DNA from: an uncultured Syntrophales bacterium
GTDB taxonomy: Bacteria > Desulfobacterota > Syntrophia > Syntrophales > JAAYKM01
Length of the DNA: 39,564 nt
Reading direction: 5' to 3'
NCBI GenBank assembly: GCA_964411235.1
Contig: CAYPKE010000003.1
Location: forward strand, 1 to 39,564
Made by a program: the position numbers and the translations under genes. This document shows, one piece after another, positions 11,088 through 19,906 of this stretch. The notes beneath the pieces were generated by a model. The model had not been told where the DNA came from. It saw nothing but the letters and a program-made list of their open reading frames with translations, and did not search any database. How positions within the stretch are numbered: position 1 is the stretch's first letter; each line of letters opens with the position of its first letter.

Positions 11088-13307
11088 ATGAGTTATCAAC
11101 CACTGACTTCACTGATTGACGGGATGGCCTCGGATTTTCTTTTTCTCGACGGCCGTGATATCGACGTGCCCACAGTGGGCAAGTTTCTCAATGACCTCGA
11201 CCGGATTCTCGCGGAAGCTGAGAATAAGAATATTTTGCAGGTCATCAGGGTTTCTCGCTCATTAAGCCATGTTCTGGGAAAATGGCTTATCGACCAGGTG
11301 CGGGACAAGGAAGCGGGCTTCGGCATGATTGAGAAGGGAATTTCTCTGATGCAGTCGGTCGTTGAATCCTGCAAGAATGCCGGCTCCTGCGGGGAAGATG
11401 TGGGCGAGTTCGTCGCCGGATGCGCCTGCTTGCTCGGAGAGGATATTCCCCTCGAAGATTCGGCGACGGCCGTCGCCGGAATGCCATCACCCGCGGATGC
11501 AGGAAGCGCTGTTCCACCGGAGGAGATATCCTCCGCAGGCGAACAGATTCAGGATGAATCGCTTTTGAAGGATTTTATCATCGAGGCGTGCGAATATATT
11601 GACGAAATCGAGGTTAATATTCTGAATCTGGAGCAGGAGCCGGAGAGCAAGGACTTTATCAATGCCATTTTCAGGCCCTTTCATTCCATCAAGGGCGTGG
11701 CGAGTTTCCTGAATCTGACGATTATCCGCGATCTGGCCCACAAGCTGGAGAATCTTCTGGATAAGGTAAGAAACGGGGAACTGGAGGTCACACCGCCTAT
11801 GATCGATGTTGTCCTCGACGGGGCCGATGCCTTGAAACTGCTGGTAAACCGGTTGAAAAACGATCCGCACGGAAGCCACCATGTTCCCGAGGAGCTCGAC
11901 ATGAAAGAAATGGAAAAACGTATCAGTATGGTCGAGGAGGGGCGGACGGACATCCCGGTGCGCAAGAAGCTGGGGGAGATTCTGGTGGAAGAGGGGGTGA
12001 TCAGCGAGGAAGCCCTCAAGAAGGGTTTGCAGGTGCTGGAAAGGGAGCCGGGAACGAAAATCGGGGAAGCCCTGATCAAGGAAGGGGGGGCGACGCCCAA
12101 ACAGGTTTCCCAGGCTCTGCGCAAACAGGTGGACCAGGTTTCCGACGCCTCCACGATCCGTGTGGATACGCGCAAGCTGGACGACATGATCGACATGGTC
12201 GGTGAATTGGTGATTACGCAGTCCATGGTGCAGCAGGATCTGAACATGAGCCTTCATGCGGATCGCAATCTGATGCGCGATATTGCGCAACTGTTCCGGA
12301 TAACCTCGTCGCTGCAACGGGTGTCCACGAGTTTGCGCATGATTCCCATTAAGCAGACATTCCAGCGCATGTCACGTCTTGTCCGTGACCTGTCGAAAGC
12401 GGCTGGCAAGTCCGTGTCCGTGGAAATGGAAGGAGAAGAGACCGAGATCGACCGGAATATGGTGGACGAAATCTATAACCCCCTCGTTCACATGATCCGC
12501 AATTCCGTTGATCATGGATTGGAATTGCCGGTGGACCGGCTGCAGGCAGGAAAGTCCGAACGAGGCGTTATCCGCCTGTCCGCGTACCACCGGGGTGGAA
12601 ACATCGTCATTGAAATTGCTGATGACGGACGCGGCCTGAGGAAGGATAAAATTCTGGAAAAGGCGATCAAGAACAAGGTCGTGGCGAGTGGAGACGGGCT
12701 GAGCGACAACGAGATATTCCGGCTGATTTTTCTTCCGGGCCTGTCGACGGCGGAAAAGGTGACGGACATTTCCGGCCGCGGTGTCGGGATGGATGTGGTT
12801 AAGCAGGCCATTGAAAAGCTGCGGGGCAAAATCGAAATCGAGAGCAAGCCGGGTGAGGGGACGACCTTTATTACGAGTTTCCCCTTGACGATGGCCATCA
12901 TTGACGGGATGATCGTCAAGGTAGGGCCCGAACGCTACATTTTGCCGACCACGGCTATCCGCCAGGCCCTGCGCCCGCCCCGGGAATCGTACAACAATGT
13001 CGTCGGCAAAGGTGAGACGATCAATGTTATGGGGCACCTGATGCCCTTGGTACGTCTCTATCGGCTTTTTGGCATTGAGCCGGAGTGCCGCGATCCCTGG
13101 GACGCGATCGGCGTGGTTGTCGAAGGTGAGGGCCGGACAAAATGTCTTCTGGTCGACCGGATCGTCGGCAAGGCGGAGGTGGTCATCAAGAGTTTGGGAG
13201 AAGGATTCAAAAACATCCGGGGTATTTCGGGAGGCGCAATTCTCGGAGACGGGCAGGTGGGATTGATCATCGATCCGGAAGGTCTGTTCGATTTCAGCGA
13301 ACGATAG
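11088..13307 (+). CDS. cheA: Chemotaxis histidine kinase CheA with an N-terminal extension and a MshEN-like insert
   Basis: Hpt [11 protein letters not shown]3 [42 protein letters not shown]5 [10 protein letters not shown]. Confidence 0.97.
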   Translation: MSYQPLTSLIDGMASDFLFLDGRDIDVPTVGKFLNDLDRILAEAENKNILQVIRVSRSLSHVLGKWLIDQVRDKEAGFGMIEKGISLMQSVVESCKNAGSCGEDVGEFVAGCACLLGEDIPLEDSATAVAGMPSPADAGSAVPPEEISSAGEQIQDESLLKDFIIEACEYIDEIEVNILNLEQEPESKDFINAIFRPFHSIKGVASFLNLTIIRDLAHKLENLLDKVRNGELEVTPPMIDVVLDGADALKLLVNRLKNDPHGSHHVPEELDMKEMEKRISMVEEGRTDIPVRKKLGEILVEEGVISEEALKKGLQVLEREPGTKIGEALIKEGGATPKQVSQALRKQVDQVSDASTIRVDTRKLDDMIDMVGELVITQSMVQQDLNMSLHADRNLMRDIAQLFRITSSLQRVSTSLRMIPIKQTFQRMSRLVRDLSKAAGKSVSVEMEGEETEIDRNMVDEIYNPLVHMIRNSVDHGLELPVDRLQAGKSERGVIRLSAYHRGGNIVIEIADDGRGLRKDKILEKAIKNKVVASGDGLSDNEIFRLIFLPGLSTAEKVTDISGRGVGMDVVKQAIEKLRGKIEIESKPGEGTTFITSFPLTMAIIDGMIVKVGPERYILPTTAIRQALRPPRESYNNVVGKGETINVMGHLMPLVRLYRLFGIEPECRDPWDAIGVVVEGEGRTKCLLVDRIVGKAEVVIKSLGEGFKNIRGISGGAILGDGQVGLIIDPEGLFDFSER

Positions 13308-13313
13308 GAACGA

Positions 13314-13338
13314 TCTACCCCCGTCCGGCGGGGGTAGA
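13314..13338 (+). other. Intergenic hairpin between cheA and cheY
   Basis: TCTACCCCCG-TCCGG-CGGGGGTAGA, a perfect 10-bp stem with no U tract. Confidence 0.6.
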
Positions 13339-13365
13339 GTGAAATATTTCCAAGGAGAGATCAAC

Positions 13366-13746
13366 ATGGATAAGAGCATCAAGATTTTGGTTGTCGACGA
13401 TTTTGCAACCATGCGCAAGGTGATCAGGAATCTGCTGAAACAGAGCGGCTATGAAAACATTGTCGAGGCGGAGGACGGGGTGAACGCCCTGAAAATTCTC
13501 AAGTCCCAGAAAATCGACTTTATTGTGTCCGACTGGAACATGCCGAACATGAGCGGGTTGGAACTGCTGAAGGCGGTCCGGGCCGATGAGGACCTGAAGA
13601 TCCTGCCTTTCCTGATGGTGACTGCCGAAGCCCTGCAGGAAAATGTGGTTGCCGCCGTGAAGGCCGGCGTCAGCAATTATATTGTCAAGCCCTTCACATC
13701 GGAAACCCTGGACGAGAAGATCAAGAAAATCATGGAAAAAATGTAA
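13366..13746 (+). CDS. cheY: Chemotaxis response regulator CheY
   Basis: [35 protein letters not shown], closely E. coli CheY-like; AGGAG RBS. Confidence 0.96.
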   Translation: MDKSIKILVVDDFATMRKVIRNLLKQSGYENIVEAEDGVNALKILKSQKIDFIVSDWNMPNMSGLELLKAVRADEDLKILPFLMVTAEALQENVVAAVKAGVSNYIVKPFTSETLDEKIKKIMEKM

Positions 13747-13772
13747 TCCACCAACTGAAAGAGGAAACCCGT

Positions 13773-14240
13773 ATGAATGTTAAATTTATCAACCCGTTTT
13801 TGGAGGGGACGACCAGCGTGCTTAATACGATGGCCTTCATCTCGCCCCGTCCGGGGAAACCGTATTTGAAGAAGGACAGCATGGCCGTCGGTGATATCTC
13901 CGGCATTATCGGTCTCACCGGCGCCGCCCGCGGATCCCTGGCGCTGAGTTTCAGCAAGGGCTGCATTCTGAAGATCGTATCGAATATGCTGGGAGAGGAA
14001 ATCGACGAAATCAACGGCGACATCAAGGATGCCGTAGGGGAACTGACGAACATGGTTTCCGGTGTGGCCAGAAAGAAGCTCGAGGCGGAGGGCCTCAACA
14101 TCACGGCGGCCATTCCCACCATTGTTTCGGGACCAAGTCACTCCATCGTCCACGTCTTGGGCGGTCCCAGTATCATCATTCCTTTCGAAATCGATGAAGG
14201 TCCTTTTGTGGTGGATATTTGCTTGAGCGACGGAACTTAG
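13773..14240 (+). CDS. cheX: CheY-P phosphatase CheX
   Basis: FINPF, DISGIIGLTG, DAVGELTNMVSG, PTIVSG. Confidence 0.93.
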   Translation: MNVKFINPFLEGTTSVLNTMAFISPRPGKPYLKKDSMAVGDISGIIGLTGAARGSLALSFSKGCILKIVSNMLGEEIDEINGDIKDAVGELTNMVSGVARKKLEAEGLNITAAIPTIVSGPSHSIVHVLGGPSIIIPFEIDEGPFVVDICLSDGT

Positions 14241-15148
14241 GGCGGACCTGGCCCGGGCTGAGGATCGGCGGCCGGCCCCTCCGCTGTCCGGGCTTTTGGC
14301 TGAATGAGAATGATACTGATCCTCCGGTTGCGGGGGTCCCGGGGGTTATCCTCCACAAAGAGTTCCTGGTCCGCGTAACCCACTACCCGGGCGATACGGG
14401 ACGGATCGATGCCGTTGTTTTCCAGTTCCCGGCGCGCCGCGGAAGATCGGGAGGTGGACAGTTCCCAGTTGGTAATTTGGCCGCCCCGGAAGGGTGCGGC
14501 ATCCGTGTGGCCTTCGATGGCCACCCGGTTGGGAATATCCCGGATATTGTCGGACACCAGCGCCAGGATCTGCCGGGCCCTGTCCGTTGGCACGGCGCTT
14601 CCCAGTGAAAACATGGGGCTTCCTTCCGTATCGACGATCTGAATCCGGACGCCTCCCTCTACCACATCGACAAAGATTTGATCCTTGACGAGTCTGAGCT
14701 TTTCCTCGATGGCGGCCTTGAGCTTTTTGACCAGGTCTTCCGATGTGATGCCGCCCTGTTGTTCCGTTACTTTGACGACGGTCACCCCCGTGGAGCCACG
14801 GACCTCTCCCCGGGAATCCTTTGCCGCCCCGGCCCCTTCCCGGCTTAGACCCTTGGCGGACATCTTGGCCCCCATGCCCTGCTTGTCCAGGACAGTGGCT
14901 GATTTGTCCAGGAAGGACTGGCCGGAACTGGTCATTTCTTTGAATACATTGAAATTCTTGAAATATTCGGAAAGCGCCAGGCGTTTTTCCGGCGAGACCA
15001 TGGTAATCAGCCACAGCAGCAGAAAAAAGGCCATCATGGCCGTCACGAAATCGGCATAGGCGACTTTCCAGGAACCGCTGTGGTGCGCCTCGGGAGTCCG
15101 GCGCTTTTTCCTTTTGATGATGATAACGGGTGAGGAACGATCGTCCAT
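14237..15148 (-). CDS. motB: Flagellar stator protein MotB (H+-type)
   Basis: WKVAYADFVTAMMAFFLLLWL with the essential Asp; OmpA-like EGHTD, NWELS..R, NRRISI. Confidence 0.96.
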   Translation of the reverse strand: MDDRSSPVIIIKRKKRRTPEAHHSGSWKVAYADFVTAMMAFFLLLWLITMVSPEKRLALSEYFKNFNVFKEMTSSGQSFLDKSATVLDKQGMGAKMSAKGLSREGAGAAKDSRGEVRGSTGVTVVKVTEQQGGITSEDLVKKLKAAIEEKLRLVKDQIFVDVVEGGVRIQIVDTEGSPMFSLGSAVPTDRARQILALVSDNIRDIPNRVAIEGHTDAAPFRGGQITNWELSTSRSSAARRELENNGIDPSRIARVVGYADQELFVEDNPRDPRNRRISIILIQPKARTAEGPAADPQPGPGPP

Positions 15149-16005
15149 TATTTTTTCGCCTGGCGGAACGCTTCTTCGACTTCAACGAAAGTCGGTCTGG
15201 CTTCGGTGGGGATAACGCGGCGCCCGAATTCCACGGCCACTTTGGGTGCGGCGCCGCCGATAAAGGAAAGGAGGGAGACCTTCAGGACGGTGAGGTACTG
15301 GAGATGCTCCGTTGCCGCATGTTCCATATTCCTTCCCATGGGTCCCACGAATCCGTAACAGAGAAGTACGCCGAGGAAAGTACCCACCAGGGCGGCCCCG
15401 ATATGTGCGCCCAGCACTTCAGGCGGTTCACCGATATGTCCCATGGTGATGACGACGCCCAGCACGGCGGCGACGATTCCGAGCCCCGGGAGGGCGTCGG
15501 CGACAAAGTTGACGCTTTTGGACGGATGGATCAGTTCATCCAGATGCGTATCCAGCTCGCTGTCGAGCAAGGCTTCCAACTCATGCGGGGCGATCGTCGT
15601 GGTCATGACTGTCCGGAGGGTGTCCGTAATCAGATTAATAGCGCGCTCGTTTTTGAGGATGCGGGGAAACTTGCTGAAAACGGGGCTTTCTTCGGGGCGG
15701 TCCACATCCGATTCGATGGAAACCAATCCCTGCTGTCTGATCTTATAGAAGATACCATTCAAGAGCAGAAGCGCCTCCATGTAATCCTCTTTGGAAAGAT
15801 GCTTTCCCGTAAAGACGCCTATTACGGAGGAAGACACTTTTTTGACAACCTTGAGCGGCGATGCGATCAAGAATCCGCCGATCGCGGCACCGACGATAAT
15901 GACTATCTCGGCCGGCTGCACCAGGACGGAGAGATTCCCTTGGGCCATGAGATAGCCGCCGACAACGGCGACGGTGACGACGACAAAACCGATAATGGCC
16001 ATCAT
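15148..16005 (-). CDS. motA: Flagellar stator protein MotA (E. coli/H+-type)
   Basis: QPAEIVII.GAA, LPGLGIVAAVLGVV, ALVGTFLG, AVEFGRR, RPTF.E.E. Confidence 0.96.
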   Translation of the reverse strand: MMAIIGFVVVTVAVVGGYLMAQGNLSVLVQPAEIVIIVGAAIGGFLIASPLKVVKKVSSSVIGVFTGKHLSKEDYMEALLLLNGIFYKIRQQGLVSIESDVDRPEESPVFSKFPRILKNERAINLITDTLRTVMTTTIAPHELEALLDSELDTHLDELIHPSKSVNFVADALPGLGIVAAVLGVVITMGHIGEPPEVLGAHIGAALVGTFLGVLLCYGFVGPMGRNMEHAATEHLQYLTVLKVSLLSFIGGAAPKVAVEFGRRVIPTEARPTFVEVEEAFRQAKK

Positions 16006-16562
16006 GGATAGTCTTTCTCCCCTCTCTTGGCCCGCAGGGCTTCCCGTTCCCTTTCAAAGACAAAGCGAACGATTTCATCGCGGACATGATCGTCCATGTC
16101 GAGAAATTTCAAACCGATCCGGTTCTGCTCCTGCTTCGCCGTACAGGACAGAACCTGCCCGTAGATCTGAACGGCCACCGGGGGGAGCGAAAAGAGAATC
16201 ATCTTGATTTCCAGAAGGCTTCCTTCAGGGATTGACGCTTCGGAGAGATAATCCATGCCGTTTCCGCTCAGCGTGACGGGCTTTGTCGGCAGGGCCTGAA
16301 AACCCTCCTGGTAAATGGCAAGCATGCGCATGATCGCGTCGAGTTTGGCGTTGATCGTCTTCAGCCAAATTGACAGATGGGCGTCGCCGACTTCGGGCAA
16401 GGTCGAAAGCTCGCTGTAAATGGGTTCCCCGTAGAGTTTTGCCCGGTATAATCCTTCTTCTTCCGGTGGGACGACCCGTACGCCGAAAGGGAGCAGTGTG
16501 GAAATTCTCGAATATTCCCTTTTATTTGTCGAGATTTCGGTAAGTCCTTTCAATTTCATCAT
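16002..16562 (-). CDS. PilZ domain protein
   Basis: N-terminal RxxxR (REYSR), TLSGNGM, IGLKF..MD...RDEIVRFVFERER. Stop overlaps the motA start. Confidence 0.85.
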   Translation of the reverse strand: MMKLKGLTEISTNKREYSRISTLLPFGVRVVPPEEEGLYRAKLYGEPIYSELSTLPEVGDAHLSIWLKTINAKLDAIMRMLAIYQEGFQALPTKPVTLSGNGMDYLSEASIPEGSLLEIKMILFSLPPVAVQIYGQVLSCTAKQEQNRIGLKFLDMDDHVRDEIVRFVFEREREALRAKRGEKDYP

Positions 16563-16715
16563 TCTCTTTCCCCCTTTCCGAGGCGCTGTCCTTTTTCCTG
16601 ATGGTGCTTTTTAACAATGAGAAGTACCGATTTGCCACCGCCTTGCCCGCATCCCTGGACCGCCGATGTTTCTGCAGGCCTTGCGGAGGGTCCGGTTCAT
16701 TTTTTTTGGTATACT

Positions 16716-16731
16716 TGCAAGAGTGATACCG
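16716..16731 (-). promoter_or_regulatory. Sigma54 promoter for pilZ-motAB
   Basis: Minus strand CGGTATCACTCTTGCA (GG-N10-GC). Confidence 0.65.
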
Positions 16732-16859
16732 AACCTTGTGCGAAACGAAGGCAAGCCGGGGGAATTTGTATTCCGCTGAAAAAACTATCTATTTTATCAT
16801 GATGATCTGTTCGCTCCGGCGGGGAACGATACCGGGTGTTTCATTACATGGGGGCAATG

Positions 16860-16873
16860 GTCAAATTATTGGC
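16860..16873. promoter_or_regulatory. FleQ-type enhancer box
   Basis: GTCAAATTATTGGC, lying between two divergent sigma54 promoters. Confidence 0.55.
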
Positions 16874-16970
16874 ATTGCGATGACTCGTCGGCAGGACGGA
16901 AGACTGTCGTTAATGTGCTCAGGCTTCGTCATGGAAGGGGATGCGGGGAAAAAGCGGGGGCTTGCCGGTC

Positions 16971-16986
16971 TGGTATATAAATTGCT
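16971..16986 (+). promoter_or_regulatory. Sigma54 promoter for the SPOR-TPR gene (and probably flrBC)
   Basis: TGGTATATAAATTGCT (GG-N10-GC). Confidence 0.72.
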
Positions 16987-17055
16987 GTCGAAGCAGGGAA
17001 GTAAGAACAATCGGACTGCCATGGTATTCACGGTCGGGTTGGATGATCGGGAAGA

Positions 17056-19815
17056 ATGATGAAACGTACCTGTGCCAGCATGCCCTCTTTTTTTGTCAAG
17101 CCGGAATCTTTCCGGAAGGCGCCGTTCCTTTTCCGCCGGCCCGTCTTTGGGGACGGTCGCCGGGTTTTCACGATGACGGTACTCTTGATCCTGTTTATGC
17201 TGCAGGGAATTTTCTGTATTCCCTGTGTCGGTCAAAGCCGCACCGAACAGGGTAAAAAGGAAGGCTATTACATAGGCTTTGCCTCCTACTACGACGCCCG
17301 CATAGCCCGCTCCGAAGTCGGGCGCCTCAAGGAGAGAGGTTACAAGGTATCCGTCGAGAAAACGGGAGAGGGAAGGGATGCGAAATACCATATCCTGGCA
17401 GGCCCCTATCCGAACAGGGCACAGGCAACGGCAGAGGCGAAAAGGCTTCAGGGCAGGGGCCTGCTCGACCGGATCCAGATTGAAGCCCGGGGGAATGCGA
17501 AAAACGATACCGGGTCATCCGTTGTGAAAACGGCGGAACCTCCCCGTGATGCCCGTGTTGCCGTAAAGACACGGACGACTGCACCAAGCGGTCCGGCTTC
17601 CCTGCAAACTAATGACGGTCCCCAAGCTCGTCCGGAGACCTCCGTTGCGCACACGGCGGAGATTGCCGGGGACCGCGAGCCGGATCCGGCCAAAGAAGCT
17701 TACGCCTCCGGTAGTGGCGGTAATCCTGTTGGCCGGAGCAGCCTGACAAGGCAAAACGAAAAGAAAGAGAGCGCGGTTGCGCCGGAGGATACTACAAAAC
17801 AGCCGAATCCGCCGCTTCCGATTCCTGCGCCTGTGTCAGCCGGGGAGGAAGCCATGCCTCCCGAGCAGGCCACGCCACGCTGGCCCTATTTCGACGCAGC
17901 CATGGAGGACTTTCGCAAAGGTCATTACGCAAAAGCGCGTCCGATATTTGAGGATATCGCGGTCCGGCGTGAAATCGGACATTCCTGGCGGGAACTGGCC
18001 GAGCGACGCCTGGTCGACTGCATGTACTTCTTGAAAGAAAGCAACAACAGCGAGGTTCTTTCCGAACTCGTCTATCAATACAAAAACATCCTTTTTAAAT
18101 ATCCGGACTGCCGAAGCGGCAACGACCTGGCTTACTGGCGCCTGGGCCACCTTTACAAGGCCCTGGGCCTTTACGTGGAGGCTGCGGACGCACTAAACAG
18201 CCTGCTGAAGACGTATCCCGCGTCCTCCCTGGCGGAGGAAGGGCTTTATCAGATGGGAGAAGTCTACCGGTTGGACAAAAAATATCCCCAGGCTGTCGAG
18301 GCGCTCCGGATGTTTTACGAAAAATACCCGTCCGTCGCCCTCACGAGATTGGCCGTCTTCGCGCTGGCCGATACCTATTACCGCATGGGGCGCTCACGGG
18401 AGGCCGACACCTGGTACGAAACCGGCCTGCAGCGCTGGCCGGATTTGTACGGCATGCCGGACGGCATCTTTCTCAACACGGGCTTCCATTTCAATAAAAC
18501 GGGGAATTATGCCCGGGCGTTTCATATCTTTTCCTATTATTACGGCCTTTACCCCCAGGGGCGTTATGCGCCGATCGCTGTCCGCGCCATGGCCCGCAGC
18601 CTAGTGGGGATGGGCAGCTTGTCGACGGCCGTGCGTCTTCTGGGTGCCTCGCTGCCCGGACATCAGGATCAGAAGGAAGCCGTTCGCACCCGTCTTCTGC
18701 TGGCCGAGCTGGGGGTCGAGCAGCCGGGGGCCAGAACCTCCGTATGTTTCCCCGGTATCGAGAATTACAGGGAACCCCTCCTCAGTTGCCGCCGCATGCT
18801 GATGGAACTCAAGGGAAAGCCGCCGACGGAAGAGGTTTTGTACCGCAAAGGGAAGGTGCTTCAGGCCAAGGGTTATCTCCGGGAAGCTTTCGATACCTTT
18901 GCCATGCTGCTGAAATGGTACCCGAAAAGCGTGTACCTGGCATCCAGCCGGCAGAGCCTGGAAAAAAACCGCAATGCACTGGTCAGGGAATATTACAGCC
19001 GGGGCGATCATCTTGCCGTGGTCGATCTGTACTTGATTGAAAGCGGATTCCGGCATCATCTGGATACGGAAGTCCTCTTGCAGGTCGCCGACAGCCTCCG
19101 GCGGCTGGGGCTTTACGAACAGGCGGCACGTACCTTTCAGGATCTGAAAAATACGCAGGCCTTCAGCAGTCCCGAGCGGCTGGACCTGGCCATTGCCGAA
19201 GCGGAAATGATGTCCGGCAAAGGTAAAGCCGGCGAGGCCCGGCTGAAGAGCCTGCTGGGACAGAAACGCGGCGGCGAGGCCGTTATCCGCAGGGCCAATC
19301 AGATCCTCGGAGATGCGGCTTGCCTGGCAGGAAACTTTGACGGCGCACTGGCCTACTACGGCCAGGCGACGCCGTTTGACAGGGAGGCGGAAGGTGCCGC
19401 ACTTTCCCTTTACCGGTATGCGGACATCCTGAAGAGAAAAGGACAGCGCCTTCAGGCCCTTCAGTATTACCGTGATGCCCTGGCGCTCGCGGAGGGAAAA
19501 CCCGGAGCCCTGTCCCCCTCGCTGCGGGGACAAGCAAAAATGAGCCTTGCCGAGTGTTATTTTGCCGGAGGGCAATATGGGCAGGGGATCCCCCATCTGA
19601 TCCAGTCCGTTGCACTGCTGCCGAAGGGGGCTGACCGGCGGTGGGCCCTGTTCCGCTTAACCGGCGGTCATCTCAAAACGAACAATCCGGAACTGGCGGA
19701 AAAAATATCCGGACAGGTAAATGAAAACACGGATGATCCCTTCTGGGTGACAATGGCCGAATACGGCTATCAGGATGGCATATGGTTTATCACCTATGCG
19801 GACTACCTCAACTGA
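17056..19815 (+). CDS. Exported or membrane-anchored SPOR domain + TPR repeat protein
   Basis: Hydrophobic segment, SPOR-like YYIGFASY...YHILAGPYPNRAQA, Pro/Ala linker, many TPRs (AYWRLGHLY, YP.S..A..GLYQMGEVY). The start may be 17173. Confidence 0.82.
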   Translation: MMKRTCASMPSFFVKPESFRKAPFLFRRPVFGDGRRVFTMTVLLILFMLQGIFCIPCVGQSRTEQGKKEGYYIGFASYYDARIARSEVGRLKERGYKVSVEKTGEGRDAKYHILAGPYPNRAQATAEAKRLQGRGLLDRIQIEARGNAKNDTGSSVVKTAEPPRDARVAVKTRTTAPSGPASLQTNDGPQARPETSVAHTAEIAGDREPDPAKEAYASGSGGNPVGRSSLTRQNEKKESAVAPEDTTKQPNPPLPIPAPVSAGEEAMPPEQATPRWPYFDAAMEDFRKGHYAKARPIFEDIAVRREIGHSWRELAERRLVDCMYFLKESNNSEVLSELVYQYKNILFKYPDCRSGNDLAYWRLGHLYKALGLYVEAADALNSLLKTYPASSLAEEGLYQMGEVYRLDKKYPQAVEALRMFYEKYPSVALTRLAVFALADTYYRMGRSREADTWYETGLQRWPDLYGMPDGIFLNTGFHFNKTGNYARAFHIFSYYYGLYPQGRYAPIAVRAMARSLVGMGSLSTAVRLLGASLPGHQDQKEAVRTRLLLAELGVEQPGARTSVCFPGIENYREPLLSCRRMLMELKGKPPTEEVLYRKGKVLQAKGYLREAFDTFAMLLKWYPKSVYLASSRQSLEKNRNALVREYYSRGDHLAVVDLYLIESGFRHHLDTEVLLQVADSLRRLGLYEQAARTFQDLKNTQAFSSPERLDLAIAEAEMMSGKGKAGEARLKSLLGQKRGGEAVIRRANQILGDAACLAGNFDGALAYYGQATPFDREAEGAALSLYRYADILKRKGQRLQALQYYRDALALAEGKPGALSPSLRGQAKMSLAECYFAGGQYGQGIPHLIQSVALLPKGADRRWALFRLTGGHLKTNNPELAEKISGQVNENTDDPFWVTMAEYGYQDGIWFITYADYLN

Positions 19816-19881
19816 CGATGCCGGCCGACCAGGTCGGTATGATGCATGGCGTACCGGCTTGTCCCGGCAGGCCGGTCGCCT

Positions 19882-19895
19882 GTCATTAGTTTGAC
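19882..19895. promoter_or_regulatory. FleQ-type box upstream of the flrB-like gene
   Basis: GTCATTAGTTTGAC, 11 bp before the ATG. Confidence 0.5.
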
Positions 19896-19906
19896 GCGGT
19901 GAAGTT

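Noticed and set aside
14346-15185. 279-aa ORF overlapping motB on the same strand
   Set aside because: It is an off-frame reading; motB has all the family motifs.
16563-17055. c-di-GMP (GEMM) riboswitch or small ORFs in the divergent intergenic region
   Set aside because: I found no GGCAAAC..GAAA..GGACGCAAAGC-like core by eye. The ORFs overlap promoter elements.
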